Of a DNA stretch of 64,000 nt, positions 1 to 11,931 are shown one piece after another; position 1 is the stretch's first letter; each line of letters starts with the position of its first letter. Source of the DNA: Bugula neritina (taxonomy: Eukaryota; Animalia; Bryozoa); NCBI GenBank assembly GCA_964035545.1, contig OZ037766.1, forward strand, positions 33,222,773 through 33,286,772. Direction: 5' to 3'. The notes beneath the pieces were generated by a model. That model searched no databases. It was not told the DNA's origin and was given only the letters and a program-made list of their open reading frames with translations. A program made the translations under genes and the position numbers.

Positions 1-521
1 GTGTATCTACTGTGTGTGTATCTACTGTGTGTGTATCTACTGTGTGTGAGTATCTACTGTGTGTGAGTATCTACTGTGTGTGTATCTACTGTGTGTCTGT
101 CTACTGTGTGTGTGTGTATCTACTGTGTGTGTATCTACTGTGTGTGTATCTACTGTGTGTGAGTATCTACTGTGTGTGAGTATCTACTGTGTGTGAGTAT
201 CTACTGTGTGTGAGTATCTACTGTGTGTGTGTCTACTGTGTGTGAGTATCTACTGTGTGTATCTCTACTGTGTGTGTGTCTACTGTGTGTGTGTCTACTG
301 TGTGAGTATCTACTGTGTGAGTATCTACTGTGTGAGTATCTACTGTGTGTGAGTATCTACTGTGTGAGTATCTACTGTGTGTGAGTATCTACTGTGTGTA
401 TCTACTGTGTGTGTGTCTACTGTGTGAGTATCTACTGTGTGTGTAACTACTGTGTGTGTGTATCTACTGTGTGTGAGTATCTACTGTGTGTGAGTACCTA
501 CTGTGTGTGAGTATCTACTGT
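1..521. repeat. Intronic minisatellite, ~15-21 bp (GTGTGAGTATCTACTGT)
   Basis: Direct inspection. Confidence 0.95.
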
Positions 522-549
522 GCATCACTCTGAACTTTTCTATATGCAG

Positions 550-1608
550 ACGGAATTAAAAAGAGCCAAACGACAGCTACAGTCCATGTTGATGATGAAT
601 CTGGAGTCTCGTCCAATCATCTTTGAGGATATCGGTAGACAAGTTTTAGCTTCAGGAGAGAGGAAACACCCTCTACATTTTTACGATAAAATAGGTCAGT
701 ATACTAGATGAGTATATGATAACATAGGTCAGTATACTAAATGAGTATATGATAACATAGATCAGTATACTAGATGAGTTTATGATAACATAGGTCAGTA
801 TACTAGATGAGTATATGATAACATAGGTCAGTATAACAGATGAGTATATGATAACATAGATCAGTATACTAGATGAGTATATGATAACAAGGTCAGTATA
901 CTAGATGAGTATATGATAACATAGATCAGTATACTAGATGAGTATATGATAACATAGATCAGTATACTAGATGAGTATATGATAACATAGATCAGTATAC
1001 TAGATGAGTATATGATAACATAGATCAGTATACTAGATGAGTATATGATAACATAGGTCAGTATACTAGAGGAGTATGTATATGATATCATAGGTCAGTA
1101 TACTAGATGAGTATATGATAACATAGATCAGTATACTAAATGAGTATATGATAACATAGGTCAGTATAACAGATGAGTATATGATAACATAGGTCAGTAT
1201 ACTAGATGAGTATATGATAACATAGATCAGTATACTAAATGAGTATATGATAACATAGGTCAGTATAACAGATGAGTATATGATAACATAGGTCAGTATA
1301 CTAGATGAGTATATGATAACATAGATCAGTATACTAGATGAGTATATGATAACATAGATCAGTATACTAGATGAGTATATGATAACATAGGTCAGTATAC
1401 TAGAGGAGTATGTATATGATATCAATATGTTTCTGCAGAACAAATAGAGTCAGCTGACATAGAGAGAGTAGCCAGTCGTCTGCTAAAGTCTAAAGTATCT
1501 CTGGCAGCGCTAGGCTCACTAGACAGACTACCAGACGTGGACAAAGTTCAGGATATGCTGGCTAGTGGTCGTTCCTCCGGTGCTAGACGACTGTTTGGGT
1601 TCAGTTAG
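550..1608 (+). CDS. PMPCA: Mitochondrial processing peptidase alpha subunit, last two exons (550-694, 1439-1608); 5' part lies upstream of the window
   Basis: [33 protein letters not shown] matches the MPP-alpha C-terminus. The phase-1 GT-AG intron 695-1438 joins to [32 protein letters not shown]...RLFGFS*. AATAAA at 1875. Confidence 0.93.
691..1420 (+). repeat. 33-bp tandem array (~22 copies) beginning at the PMPCA donor
   Basis: Unit ATAG(G/A)TCAGTATACTAGATGAGTATATGATAAC. Confidence 0.95.
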
Positions 1609-2526
1609 AGGAGGTCATACAGACACTGAGTTCTCACATCAACTCTGATGCTCCTTGGGGGGGGGGACATACCGCATGTCGTAGACAATACTCAGTATAT
1701 AGTGACGTGTTTGATGTTCCCAGCAGATCATATCTCCAGCTACACCAGAAGATACTAACGTGTTTACACTCTAATCAAATATACAAATGAAATGTTATTG
1801 TATACCATGAGTGTTGTTTACTCTGTCATGTTCATGTAAAGCTTCTCATTAGTGTAAATCTGTAAAGGTGACTCAATAAACTTGTAAATGTTTGAAACTC
1901 ATGCCTGGTACTTGTAGTTGTTCCGCTAGCACTAGTATCAACAGCATACATGTTGGTAGCATTCACTATTATAGAACACCAGCATTGACTTGACAAATCC
2001 TATATTCTATGACAATTTATCACCAAAAAGACTAGATATTTAAGGAGAAAGTTACACAATGAGATGTGCATGTACATTTACAGCTTGCTATGTACACATC
2101 ATTTCCACTGTACATGCAGTGAAACTAGACTGGCATACAATAAATGAGCTTTAAACATCAAAGGCCAGGGTACTATAGTTCTCTCTTTACACACAACGAA
2201 TAACTAATAAATACGTGCATATAGATGAAACAGATATTATGCATAGATATAATCAATCTGTGAGTCCGACCCATTATTATTCACTGCAAGTTATCGGAGG
2301 TAACCTTTGTCGGTCAAGGGGTTGTCCGTTCGGGAAAGTTTCACGGTGAGAATATAACTCCTGATTGTTGAGATTGATTGCTGTTAGGGGCGTGCCGAAT
2401 TACTACTCTTCGTGCATTAACTGCGGCGCTCTTGCAGTTTCCTATTTAGCCAAATCAGTAGTTAATATTATTTTTATCATAAAATTTCTTTGATTTTCAC
2501 CGTTTGATAACATTTACCGACATTTG

Positions 2527-5500
2527 ATGGCTCGTCAACAGAACAAAGATACCCATGAGAAGCACCAAGCTATTTTATCTAGACTCTTGAAGGATGATGA
2601 TAATAAATATTGCGTAGATTGTGATGCTAAAGGTTTGTCTTTGGAAATATCAGAAAATTTAAATTAAATTAAAGTTGAAACTGAAACTGAACTCTAACTT
2701 AGAGTTAGAGTTGGACTCTTACGGTTGCTTTGAATTCACGTTTCTATTGCTGAAACTATGTTTTTAACTGTAATTTTGTAGTTAGCTTAATTTTGTAGAA
2801 ATCAGAAAAGTACGTTACTCACAAGTACTTAAAACTTAAAGTGATAACTTGGTCACTTGCACTTCGATTTACAGTTACAGTTACTCTTTGAGTTACTGTT
2901 AGTGCCAGTATGAGCATGAGGGGGAATTTTATGCTATTTTAAAATTATTCAAGTTTTACTAATTATGATATTTTAATTATTTTTGCTTCAGTTTTTTAAA
3001 TGGTTCTGTAAGCAGTTGATTAAGTACTCATTAAATGCAGTAGTTTGGGGTTCTAGAAATTGGAGTTAGGGGTTTATTGAAGTCTCCAACTCCAATCATG
3101 AGAACCACAAACTACTGCAATCATTCACCTCTGACTCGGAGCTGCTTGTAGAACCATTTAATTTTTTCTAAGAAAACTCTATTATTCATTATAATTTATT
3201 CTAGTCAAAGCAAAAATAAAGAGATCGAAGGTAATAAATATGTGGCCACCAATCAGCTAGTGATGATTCTTGTTGCATCTAAAGGTTCTGAATAAATAGT
3301 GGCTTTTAGAGCTCTATAAACTTGAATAAATATCAACTCGGTGTTTCTCATCGCTGCATGACCACTTCCAGTCTTATTGCAAATTGTTGTTTTCTAAAAG
3401 GAAAAATAATTATTTTGCCATCAGTTTTTCTATCTTATTAGGGAGTTTTTCAGTTTTTCAACTTGATTTTCTTATTTAAAATCAAAAGTTCAATTAGTAT
3501 GAATTGCTATCGACTTTAAAGATGCTTTAATATTTATAGGTTATGTTAAAATTAATTAGCTGTAAGGTGATGACAATCATGGTGTTAGAATGTTAAAAAC
3601 AGCAAATAAGTTGAAATGAATAAACCTGCAGTTAGCATTAGATATGTAATGTAGCTGGTGAGAATTTAGTGAGCATAAGGCGTGTTACACATGCAAAAGA
3701 TGATGTCCTTCTAGGGCCAAGGTGGGCTTCATGGAATATCGGCGTCTTTCTGTGCATACGATGTGCCGGCATTCACCGTAACTTGGGAGTTCACATCTCC
3801 AAGGTCAAATCTATTAACCTGGATTCATGGACAGCCGAACAGATTGCGGTGGGTGTATAAACTTCTCATAACTTTTCCAATACTGAGGCTACAGTATGTT
3901 GATACTGAGGCTACATTAAGTTGATACTGAGGCTACAGTATGTTGATACTGAGGCTACAGTATGTTGATATTGAGGCTACAGTATGTTGACACTCAGGCT
4001 ACAGTATGTTGACACTGAGGCTACAGTATGTTGACACTGAGGCTACAGTATGTTGGCACTGAGGCTACAGTATGTTGATACTGAGGCTAGAGTATGTTGA
4101 TATTGAGGCTACAGTATGTTGATACTGAGGCTACAGTATGTTGATACTCAGGCTACAGTATGTTGACACTCAGGCTACAGTATGTTGACACTCAGGCTAC
4201 AGTATGTTGATACTCAGGCTACAGTATGTTAGCCTGATATAATAGCTTGTTAAATTTTACAAGGTTTGTAATTTTCTTCTCTTGATAGTATATTTCTTGT
4301 ATACTTGACATATGATATGTTCATCAATGGTGTACTACCAGTAGCAAAGTTTGAGTATCTATTGTGTGCACCATTGGGCTCTCTTCAAAGTATATGCTGT
4401 GTGCACCATTGAATTCTTCAAAGTATATACTGTGTGCACCATTGAGCTCTCTTCAAAGCATATACTGTGTGCACCATTGAGCTCTCTTCAAAGTGAATCT
4501 GTGGGGAGAGGGGTGAAAGGAAAGAGTATATTTGTGAAGTGAATGCTAATTCTACTAATTAGAATGTATTCGCTTAGTGAAATCAAAGCTATCATTGGTT
4601 ATGAGGAAATTTACATTATGATCACATGGGAAGAAAACTCTAATTTGACTGCATGTGTGAAAAAAATTTCTTCTACGAAGTACTAAATTAAACTTGTGGA
4701 AGTCGTGTTTCTGACTTGAAGCTGATACAAGCGTTTTATAGTAAGTCTCGAAAAAATGTGCAAATTTCCTGTAAAGATATTTCTGTGATAATTCACTCTA
4801 TTTTACCATCTTTGTAACTAGTGATTAGTTTAGCTGTTGAATGTAATAGAATTTGACTCGCTGTGTTTACGCAGAGTGTGGAAGACATGGGTAACAGCAG
4901 AGCCCGAGCTGTCTACGAGGCCAACCTACCCGACAACTACAAACGGCCAGCCAGCTCTGACTCAGCCATGGAGCAGTTTATCCGAGCCAAGTACGAACAC
5001 AAGAAATATATCGCCAGGGAGTGGATTCCGCCCAAACCTCGGGCTGTACCAGTAAGTGTTTTATATTCAACGTCAATAGGAATCAGTTAGGGCTGTATCA
5101 GTATGTATATATTCAACATGAGTGGGGAGCAGTTAGGGCTGTACCAGTATGTATTAGGGTTGTACCAGTAAGTATTAGGGTTGTACCAGTAAGTATTAGG
5201 GCTGTACCAGTAAGTATTAGGGCTGTACCAGTAAGTATTAGGGCTGTACCAGTAAGTATTAGGGCTGAATCAGTGTTAAAGACTAGGTGGGGGTTGTTGT
5301 TGTTTTAGAGTAACTATTACAGTAACGAGAAGGAGGTGAAGAAAGAGCCAAAGAAAGCAGCCAGAAGTGTGATTACCATTCCAGGTGTAAGTATCACTGG
5401 AGTTATGTCACCTGAGTCTGTTTGCTGTGTACCTTGACCTCTTGACCTCTTGACCGGTATTGTTTGGTGTACTCATTGTATAACTTCAATATATTCACCA

Positions 5501-8500
5501 GATTCATGTCTGCTGACTCTGTGCTGAGTTGTTTGCTGACTTTTTGCTGAGTTGTTTGCTGACTTTGTGCTGTAGGCTGCAGCTGGTACTGCTGCCGCTG
5601 CTGCTAGGGTGGAGAAGAAAGCTCCTGTGGTTAAGAAGGAGGAGTCAACACCTTCACTCATAGGGGATTTGTCCACTCCTGTTAAACAAAGTGAGTATTC
5701 CACTTCTACTAGTAGATGTATATATACTATTATATAACTCAGCATACTTCTACTAGTAGATGTATATATACTATTACATACTTCTACTAGTAGAAGTATG
5801 TAATAGTATATATACATCTACTAGTAGAAGTATATAATAGTATATATACATCTACTAGTAGAAGTATATAATAGTATATATACATCTACTAGTAGAAGTA
5901 TATAATAGTATATATACTTCTACTAGTAGATGTATATATACTATTACATACTTCTACTAGTAGATGTATATATACTATTATATATACATCTACTAGTAGA
6001 TGTATATAATAGTATATATACATCTACTAGTAGATGTAGATAATAGTATATATACATCTACTAGTAGATGTATATATACTATTATATACTTCTACTAGTA
6101 GATGTATATATACTATTACATAACTCCGTAGCCAATGGAACAAGCTCCCTCCCACAGCCATCCTCCTCCAGTCTCCTCGCTGACATATTCACCAGTCCGG
6201 CAGCGCCCTCACAAGCTCCTATGACCAGCACTGACCTCCTCTCTACGTCCAGTAGTCAACCTGGTGCCCAGTCCAGTGGTGATGCTTCGCAGGATCTGTT
6301 CAAGGTGCTGATTGGCTACTCTGTGAATATGCTGCTTGTAATATGAAAGCTGATTGGTTACTCTGTGAATATGATGCATGTAATGTGAAAGCTGATTGGT
6401 TACTGTGAATATGCTGCTTGTAATGTGAAAGCTGATTGGCTACTCTGTGAATATGCTGCTTGTAATGTGAAAGCTGATTGGCTACTCTGTGAATATGCTG
6501 CTTGTAATTTGAAAGCTGATTGGTTACTCTCACCGTTTACACTCTGACTACCTGTACAGGTGGCTGATGAGAAGACACAGTCTACTAAAGACTCTATAAT
6601 GGCCCTCTATGGTAACTCCGCCAACCCCCAGCCAGCTATGATGTCTGGCTCATTCGGAATGCAAGGTAACATCTTGGCTCACTGTCGTGCGGTTTCTGTT
6701 TCCATGGCAACTCAAGTTAAATAGTCACAGCTTGTCAACTGGCTCACAGCAAACACCCATTTTTACTTTGAATTTTTAACACAATAACCACTGATGCAAC
6801 CAGTTCTAAGCAGTTGTTTCTTCCACTATGAATATTAGAGGTTGTATTTAACTGAGAAGATGCTGGTACCAGTATACCTGAGTGCTCCAGCATCTTCACC
6901 TCTCTAGCCTCATTTCTTATCCCTAATTACAGGGTCGTTCACTCAGCAGCCCCACCAAATGGCTGTAGCTCAGAACCCACAGCAGATGATGTACACCAAC
7001 GGTGGGATGATGGGCATGCCCTACCAGCAAGGTAAGATAACTCTCAGTATGTATAGGCTAGTAGGCTAGCAGATCCTAAACTCAGGGGAGATAGTGACTT
7101 GACATCCCTGGTATTATTCGCTGTATACTACTCACTGTGTACTACTCACTGTGTACTACTCACTGTGTACTACTCACTGTGTACTACTCACTGTATACTA
7201 CTCTCTGTATACTACTCACTGTGTACTACTACTCGCTGTGTACTACTCACTGTATACTACTCGCTGTGTACTACTCACTGTGTACTACTACTCACTGTGT
7301 GCTACTCACTGTGTACTACTCACTGTATACTACTCTCTGTATACTACTCACCTGTATACTACTCACCTGTATACTACTCACCTGTATACTACTCGCTGTA
7401 TACTACTCACTGTATACTACTCACTGTGTACTACTCACTGTGTACTACTCACTGTGTACTACTCACTGTATACTACTCGCTGTATACTACTCACTGTGTA
7501 CTACTCACTGTGTGCTACTCACTGTATACTACTCGCTGTATACTACTCACTGTATACTACTCACCTGTATACTACTCACTGTGTACTACTCACTGTGTAC
7601 TACTCACTGTGTACTACTCACTGTATACTACTCGCTGTATACTACTCACTGTGTACTACTCACTGTGTGCTACTCACTGTATACTACTCGCTGTATACTA
7701 CTCACTGTATACTACTCACCTGTATACTACTCACTGTGTACTACTCACTGTATACTACTCACTGTGTACTACTCACTGTGTACTACTCACCTGTGTACTA
7801 CTCACTGTGTGCTGCAAGGATTTCTAGAGTTGAAGAGTTCAAAAGCTCAGCACATAATAAACTGCTGAAACTTTTCTCTGCATATTTAGTTTGTTCAGGT
7901 GTTGACAACTCTTGATTATATAGTTTGGGTTTTCGTGTTAGTTGAAAGTTCTTTGAGGTAATTTGAAATTGTTATGGCAATCCTTTTGAAATCCAACACA
8001 AAATTAACAACGAAGTTTATTTTAACTTTTTTTACATTACCGTATAATAAAATTAATTATATTACAGAGAAAGTTTTGAGCTAATTTTTGTAATGTATGT
8101 ATTTTGACAAACGAATAATTATTAAGGTTTTTTCATTTGAAGGCTCAATAAATGTGATTTTCGTTGTTGACTTGTGCATAGTTTGGAAGTTAATTCGTTT
8201 AGAAATCTGTTGCAGAATCTATTGCATTTTCTGGAAATAAAACAGCAAGATATTGGCATAAGATGAATATTGGTGGAATTTGCTAGGTTTATGTATTTAG
8301 TTATGTTGGTTGTACTGAATGTATTGTTGGTGGCTATGTCGTATTCAAGTAACTGGTGTCAGTACGTCATGTCAAGTCAGGGCGCAATGTCTTGTGTCAG
8401 TGCGCTATGTGTCATTGCTATGTGTCAGTGCTATGTGTCAGTGCTACGTGAAAACACATGATTTAATATTGAACATTTGGTTACTGTTTTAAGGCATGAT

Positions 8501-10669
8501 GGGTAACATGACTCCACAGCAAGGCATGATGGGTAACAATATGCACTTGCAGCAAGGCATGATGGGTAATATGCAACCGCAGCAAGGCATGATGGGTAAT
8601 ATGCAACCGCAGCAAGGCATGATGGGTAATATGCAACCGCAGCAAGGCATGATGGGTAATATGCAGCCTCAGCAAGGCATGATGGGTAATATGCAGACAC
8701 AGCCTTATGGGGCATACCAGAACGGTCAGCAAGTATACGCAACACAACAGGTAACATAAGAATTTTTTAATCAGTATTTTAATCTTTGCTTCGAAGAGTG
8801 TAATAACTGGGGTTGTGTTAACCTTAGCTAAATAACTTTACAGTGCATGCCATGTGTCAGTGTGTGTCAGGTGCTGTATAGTGCATGTCACTTAGTGTGT
8901 GTCAGGTGCTGTACAAGTGCACGTCATGTGTCAGTGTGTGTCGGGTGCTGTGTAGTGCATGTCACTTAGTGTGTGTCAGGTGCTGTATAGTGCACGTCAT
9001 GTGTCAGTGTGTGTCAGGTGCTGTATAGTGCATGTCACTTAGTGTGTGTCAGGTGCTGTATAGTCCATGTCACTTAGTGTGTGTCAGGTGCTGTATAGTG
9101 CATGTCACTTAGTGTGTGTCAGGTGCTGGATAGTGCATGTCACTTAGTGTGTGTCAGCTGCTGTATAGTGCATGTCACTTAGTGTGTGTCAGGTGCTGTA
9201 TAGTGCATGTCACTTAGTGTGTGTCAGGTGCTGGATAGTGCATGTCACTTAGTGTGTGTCAGCTGCTGTATAGTGCATGTCACTTAGTGTGTGTCAGGTA
9301 CTGTATAGTGCATGCCATGTGTCAGTGTGTGTCAGGTGCTGTATAGTGCATGTCACTTAGTGTGTGTCAGGTGCTGTACAGTGCATGCCATGTGTCAGTG
9401 TGTGTCAGCTGCTGTATAGTGCATGTCACTTAGTGTGTGTCAGGTGCTGTATAGTGCACGTCATGTGTCAGTGTGTGTCGGGTGCTGTGTAGTGCATGTC
9501 ACTTAGTGTGTGTCAGGTGCTGTATAGTGCACGTCATGTGTCAGTGTGTGTCAGGTGCTGTATAGTGCATGTCACTTAGTGTGTGTCAGGTGCTGTATAG
9601 TCTATGTCACTTAGTGTGTGTCAGGTGCTGTATAGTGCATGTCACTTAGTGTGTGTCAGGTGCTGGATAGTGCATGTCACTTAGTGTGTGTCAGCTGCTG
9701 TATAGTGCATGTCACTTAGTGTGTGTCAGGTGCTGTATAGTGCATGTCACTTAGTGTGTGTCAGGTGCTGGATAGTGCATGTCACTTAGTGTGTGTCAGC
9801 TGCTGTATAGTGCATGTCACTTAGTGTGTGTCAGGTGCTGTATAGTGCATATCACTTAGTGTGTGTCAGGTGCTGTGTAGTGCATGTCACTTAGTGTGTG
9901 TCAGGTGCTGTATAGTGCATGTCACTTAGTGTGTGTCAGGTGCTGTATAGTGCATGTCACTTAGTGTGTGTCAGGTGCTGTATAGTGCATGTCACTTAGT
10001 GTGTGTCAGGTGCTGTATAGTGCATGTCACTTAGTGTGTGTCAAGTGCTGTGTAGTGCATGTCACTTAGTGTGTGTCAGGTGCTGTGTAGTGCATGTCAC
10101 TTAGTGTGTGTCAGGTGCTGTATAGTGCATGTCACTTAGTGTGTGTCAGGTGCTGTATAGTGCATGTCACTTAGTGTGTGTCAGGTGCTGTATAGTGCAT
10201 GTCACTTAGTGTGTGTCAGGTGCTGTATAGTGCATGTCACTTAGTGTGTGTCAGGTGCTGTATAGCGCATGTCACTTAGTGTGTGTCAGGTGCTGTGTAG
10301 TGCATGTCACTTAGTGTGTGTCAGGTGCTGTATAGTGCACGTCATGTGTCAGTGTGTGTCAGGTGCTGTATAGTGCATGTCACTTAGTGTGTGTCAGGTG
10401 CTGTGTAGTGCATGTCACTTAGTGTGTGTCAGGTACTGTATAGTGCATGTCACTTAGTGTGTGTCTGGTGCTGTATAGTGCATGTCACTTAGTGTGTGTC
10501 AGGTGCTGTGTAGTAAAATTTGTTATATATTTTGTTATTTTAGCTATCCAATCAGATGGCAGGCCTGAACTTTGGCTCTCAGCCAGGTCATCAGATGACC
10601 CCCCAGAACTCTTGGGGCTCCAGCACCCCCTCCAACGGGCAGACACTCAACTTAAACTTATGGAGCTGA
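2527..10669 (+). CDS. SMAP: Stromal membrane-associated protein (SMAP1/2-like ArfGAP), 10 exons: 2527-2632, 3715-3848, 4875-5051, 5309-5386, 5576-5690, 6132-6304, 6560-6665, 6933-7031, 8494-8750, 10544-10669
   Basis: ArfGAP zinc finger [47 protein letters not shown], the SMAP motif KDSIMALYG and C-terminal [10 protein letters not shown]. All junctions are GT-AG and phase-compatible. AATAAA at 11156. Confidence 0.93.
2996..3161. mobile_element. Short palindromic foldback/MITE-like element flanked by TTAA in SMAP intron 1
   Basis: TTAAATGGTTCTGTAAGCAG pairs with CTGCTTGTAGAACCATTTAA. Inner arm TGCAGTAGTTTGGGGTTCT..TTGGAGTT pairs with AACTCCAA..AGAACCACAAACTACTGCA. Confidence 0.6.
3880..4230. 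repeat. 22-bp minisatellite
   Basis: ATACTGAGGCTACAGTATGTTG, ~16 copies. Confidence 0.95.
4363..4495. repeat. 35-bp tandem repeat, ~4 copies
   Basis: TGTGTGCACCATTGAGCTCTCTTCAAAGTATATAC. Confidence 0.9.
5087..5270 (+). repeat. 21-bp tandem copies of the SMAP exon-3 end plus donor
   Basis: TAGGGCTGTACCAGTAAGTAT. Confidence 0.92.
5701..6122. repeat. ~34-bp minisatellite whose units switch orientation around TCTACTAGTAGA palindromes
   Basis: CTTCTACTAGTAGATGTATATATACTATTA and its reverse complement both occur in the array. Confidence 0.88.
6307..6530. repeat. 42-bp array starting immediately after the donor at 6305
   Basis: GCTGATTGGCTACTCTGTGAATATGCTGCTTGTAATGTGAAA, ~5 copies. Confidence 0.92.
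7120..7812. repeat. 14-bp minisatellite
   Basis: ACTACTCACTGT(G/A)T. Confidence 0.95.
8843..10513. repeat. 35-bp minisatellite (~47 copies) in the last SMAP intron
   Basis: GTGTGTCAGGTGCTGTATAGTGCATGTCACTTAGT. Confidence 0.95.
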
Positions 10670-11193
10670 GCTACAACTAAGAACATATATTTTATATATT
10701 GGGACTGGCTAGTATTACTCCAAGGTTAAACTACTATACTCACCACGTTGTAGAGATCTTGGCTGGTACAGAGTAATTCTATTCATTCACATCTTACCTT
10801 ACCACTGACCTCTACTTCACCCTTCACTACTATCTGTAGAGGTTGAGGAACTCGTATTATCACCAGAGGCAGCTTTGTAATATTATATTGTGTAAATGTA
10901 CAAAGCAGAGCCAGTGTGTGCCACATACCATCGCCTGCTCAGAGCTGCATCAAACATAATTCATATTTATATTTGTTAACTGCTCAGTATTTTATTATAT
11001 TTCTTGACATTGTGTAAGAGTTATGTTCACTTTGTGACGCTTGACTAGGAAATTTATTCCTCTGTGCCACCAGTAAGAGCTGTGTGTATCTCCACCTTGT
11101 TGTACTCTCATCTTGTGGCCTGTGAAATGTTTCACATTTTATTGCAATATTTCATAATAAAATGTTGTAACCTAAACTAAAATTGTGTTTGCA

Positions 11194-11535
11194 TGTTAGC
11201 TGTTACCAAGATATGCAATAATCTGTTAGCTGTTACCAAGATATGCAATACTCTGTTAGCTGTTACCAAGATATGCAATACTCTGTTAGCTGTTACCAAG
11301 ATATGCAATACTCTGTTAGCTGTTACCAAGATATGCAATACTCTGTTTGCTGTTACCAAGATATGCAATACTCTGTTAGCTGTTACCAAGATATGCAATA
11401 CTCTGTTTGCTGTTACCAAGATATGCAATACCCTGTTAGCTGTTACCAAGATATGCAATACTCTGTTAGCTGTTACCAAGATATGCAATACTCTGTTAGC
11501 TGTTACCAAGATATGCAATACTCTGTTTGCTGTTC
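11194..11535. repeat. 30-bp array just downstream of the SMAP poly(A) signal
   Basis: TGTTAGCTGTTACCAAGATATGCAATACTC, ~11 copies. Confidence 0.95.
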
Positions 11536-11931
11536 TAAATTTATTGTGAAACTTTCCACAAAAAGTTTCACTTCATTTCCTATAAAAAAAACTTAAGAAT
11601 TTGTAGTAAGAAATAAGCTTTGCTACAGTATACATACTACAGTATATATTATACTGTAGCATATATACTGTAGTATACATACCACAGTATACATACTACA
11701 GTATATACTCGTTACAGTATACTCCAGTTATAGCTATGATACTTGTTGGATAACACTATAAACAGGAAGTGTGGTAATATTTTCTGCTATATGACACTAG
11801 CTACATGTAGGTACAAGTAGTTTTATTTTCAAATTGTCCTACATCTGAAACTTTATGAATGCAATAAAAGTCTACATTCAAAATTTTTATTTAGTTTGAA
11901 CAGAACCAAATTTTAACTCTTTTCACAACCT

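Noticed and set aside
2117-2346. Possible decayed Tc1/pogo-type MITE (CAGTGAAACT ... AGTTTCACGG) upstream of SMAP
   Set aside because: Only a 10-bp imperfect inverted match with no TA TSD, and it overlaps the likely CpG-richer promoter.
7099-7915. Long ORFs in all three frames (also 861-1443, 11177-11596, 15519-16305, 35795-36321, 37916-38819, 44672-47862, 61830-62711)
   Set aside because: These are translations of stop-free minisatellites lying in introns or intergenic DNA, with no domain content.
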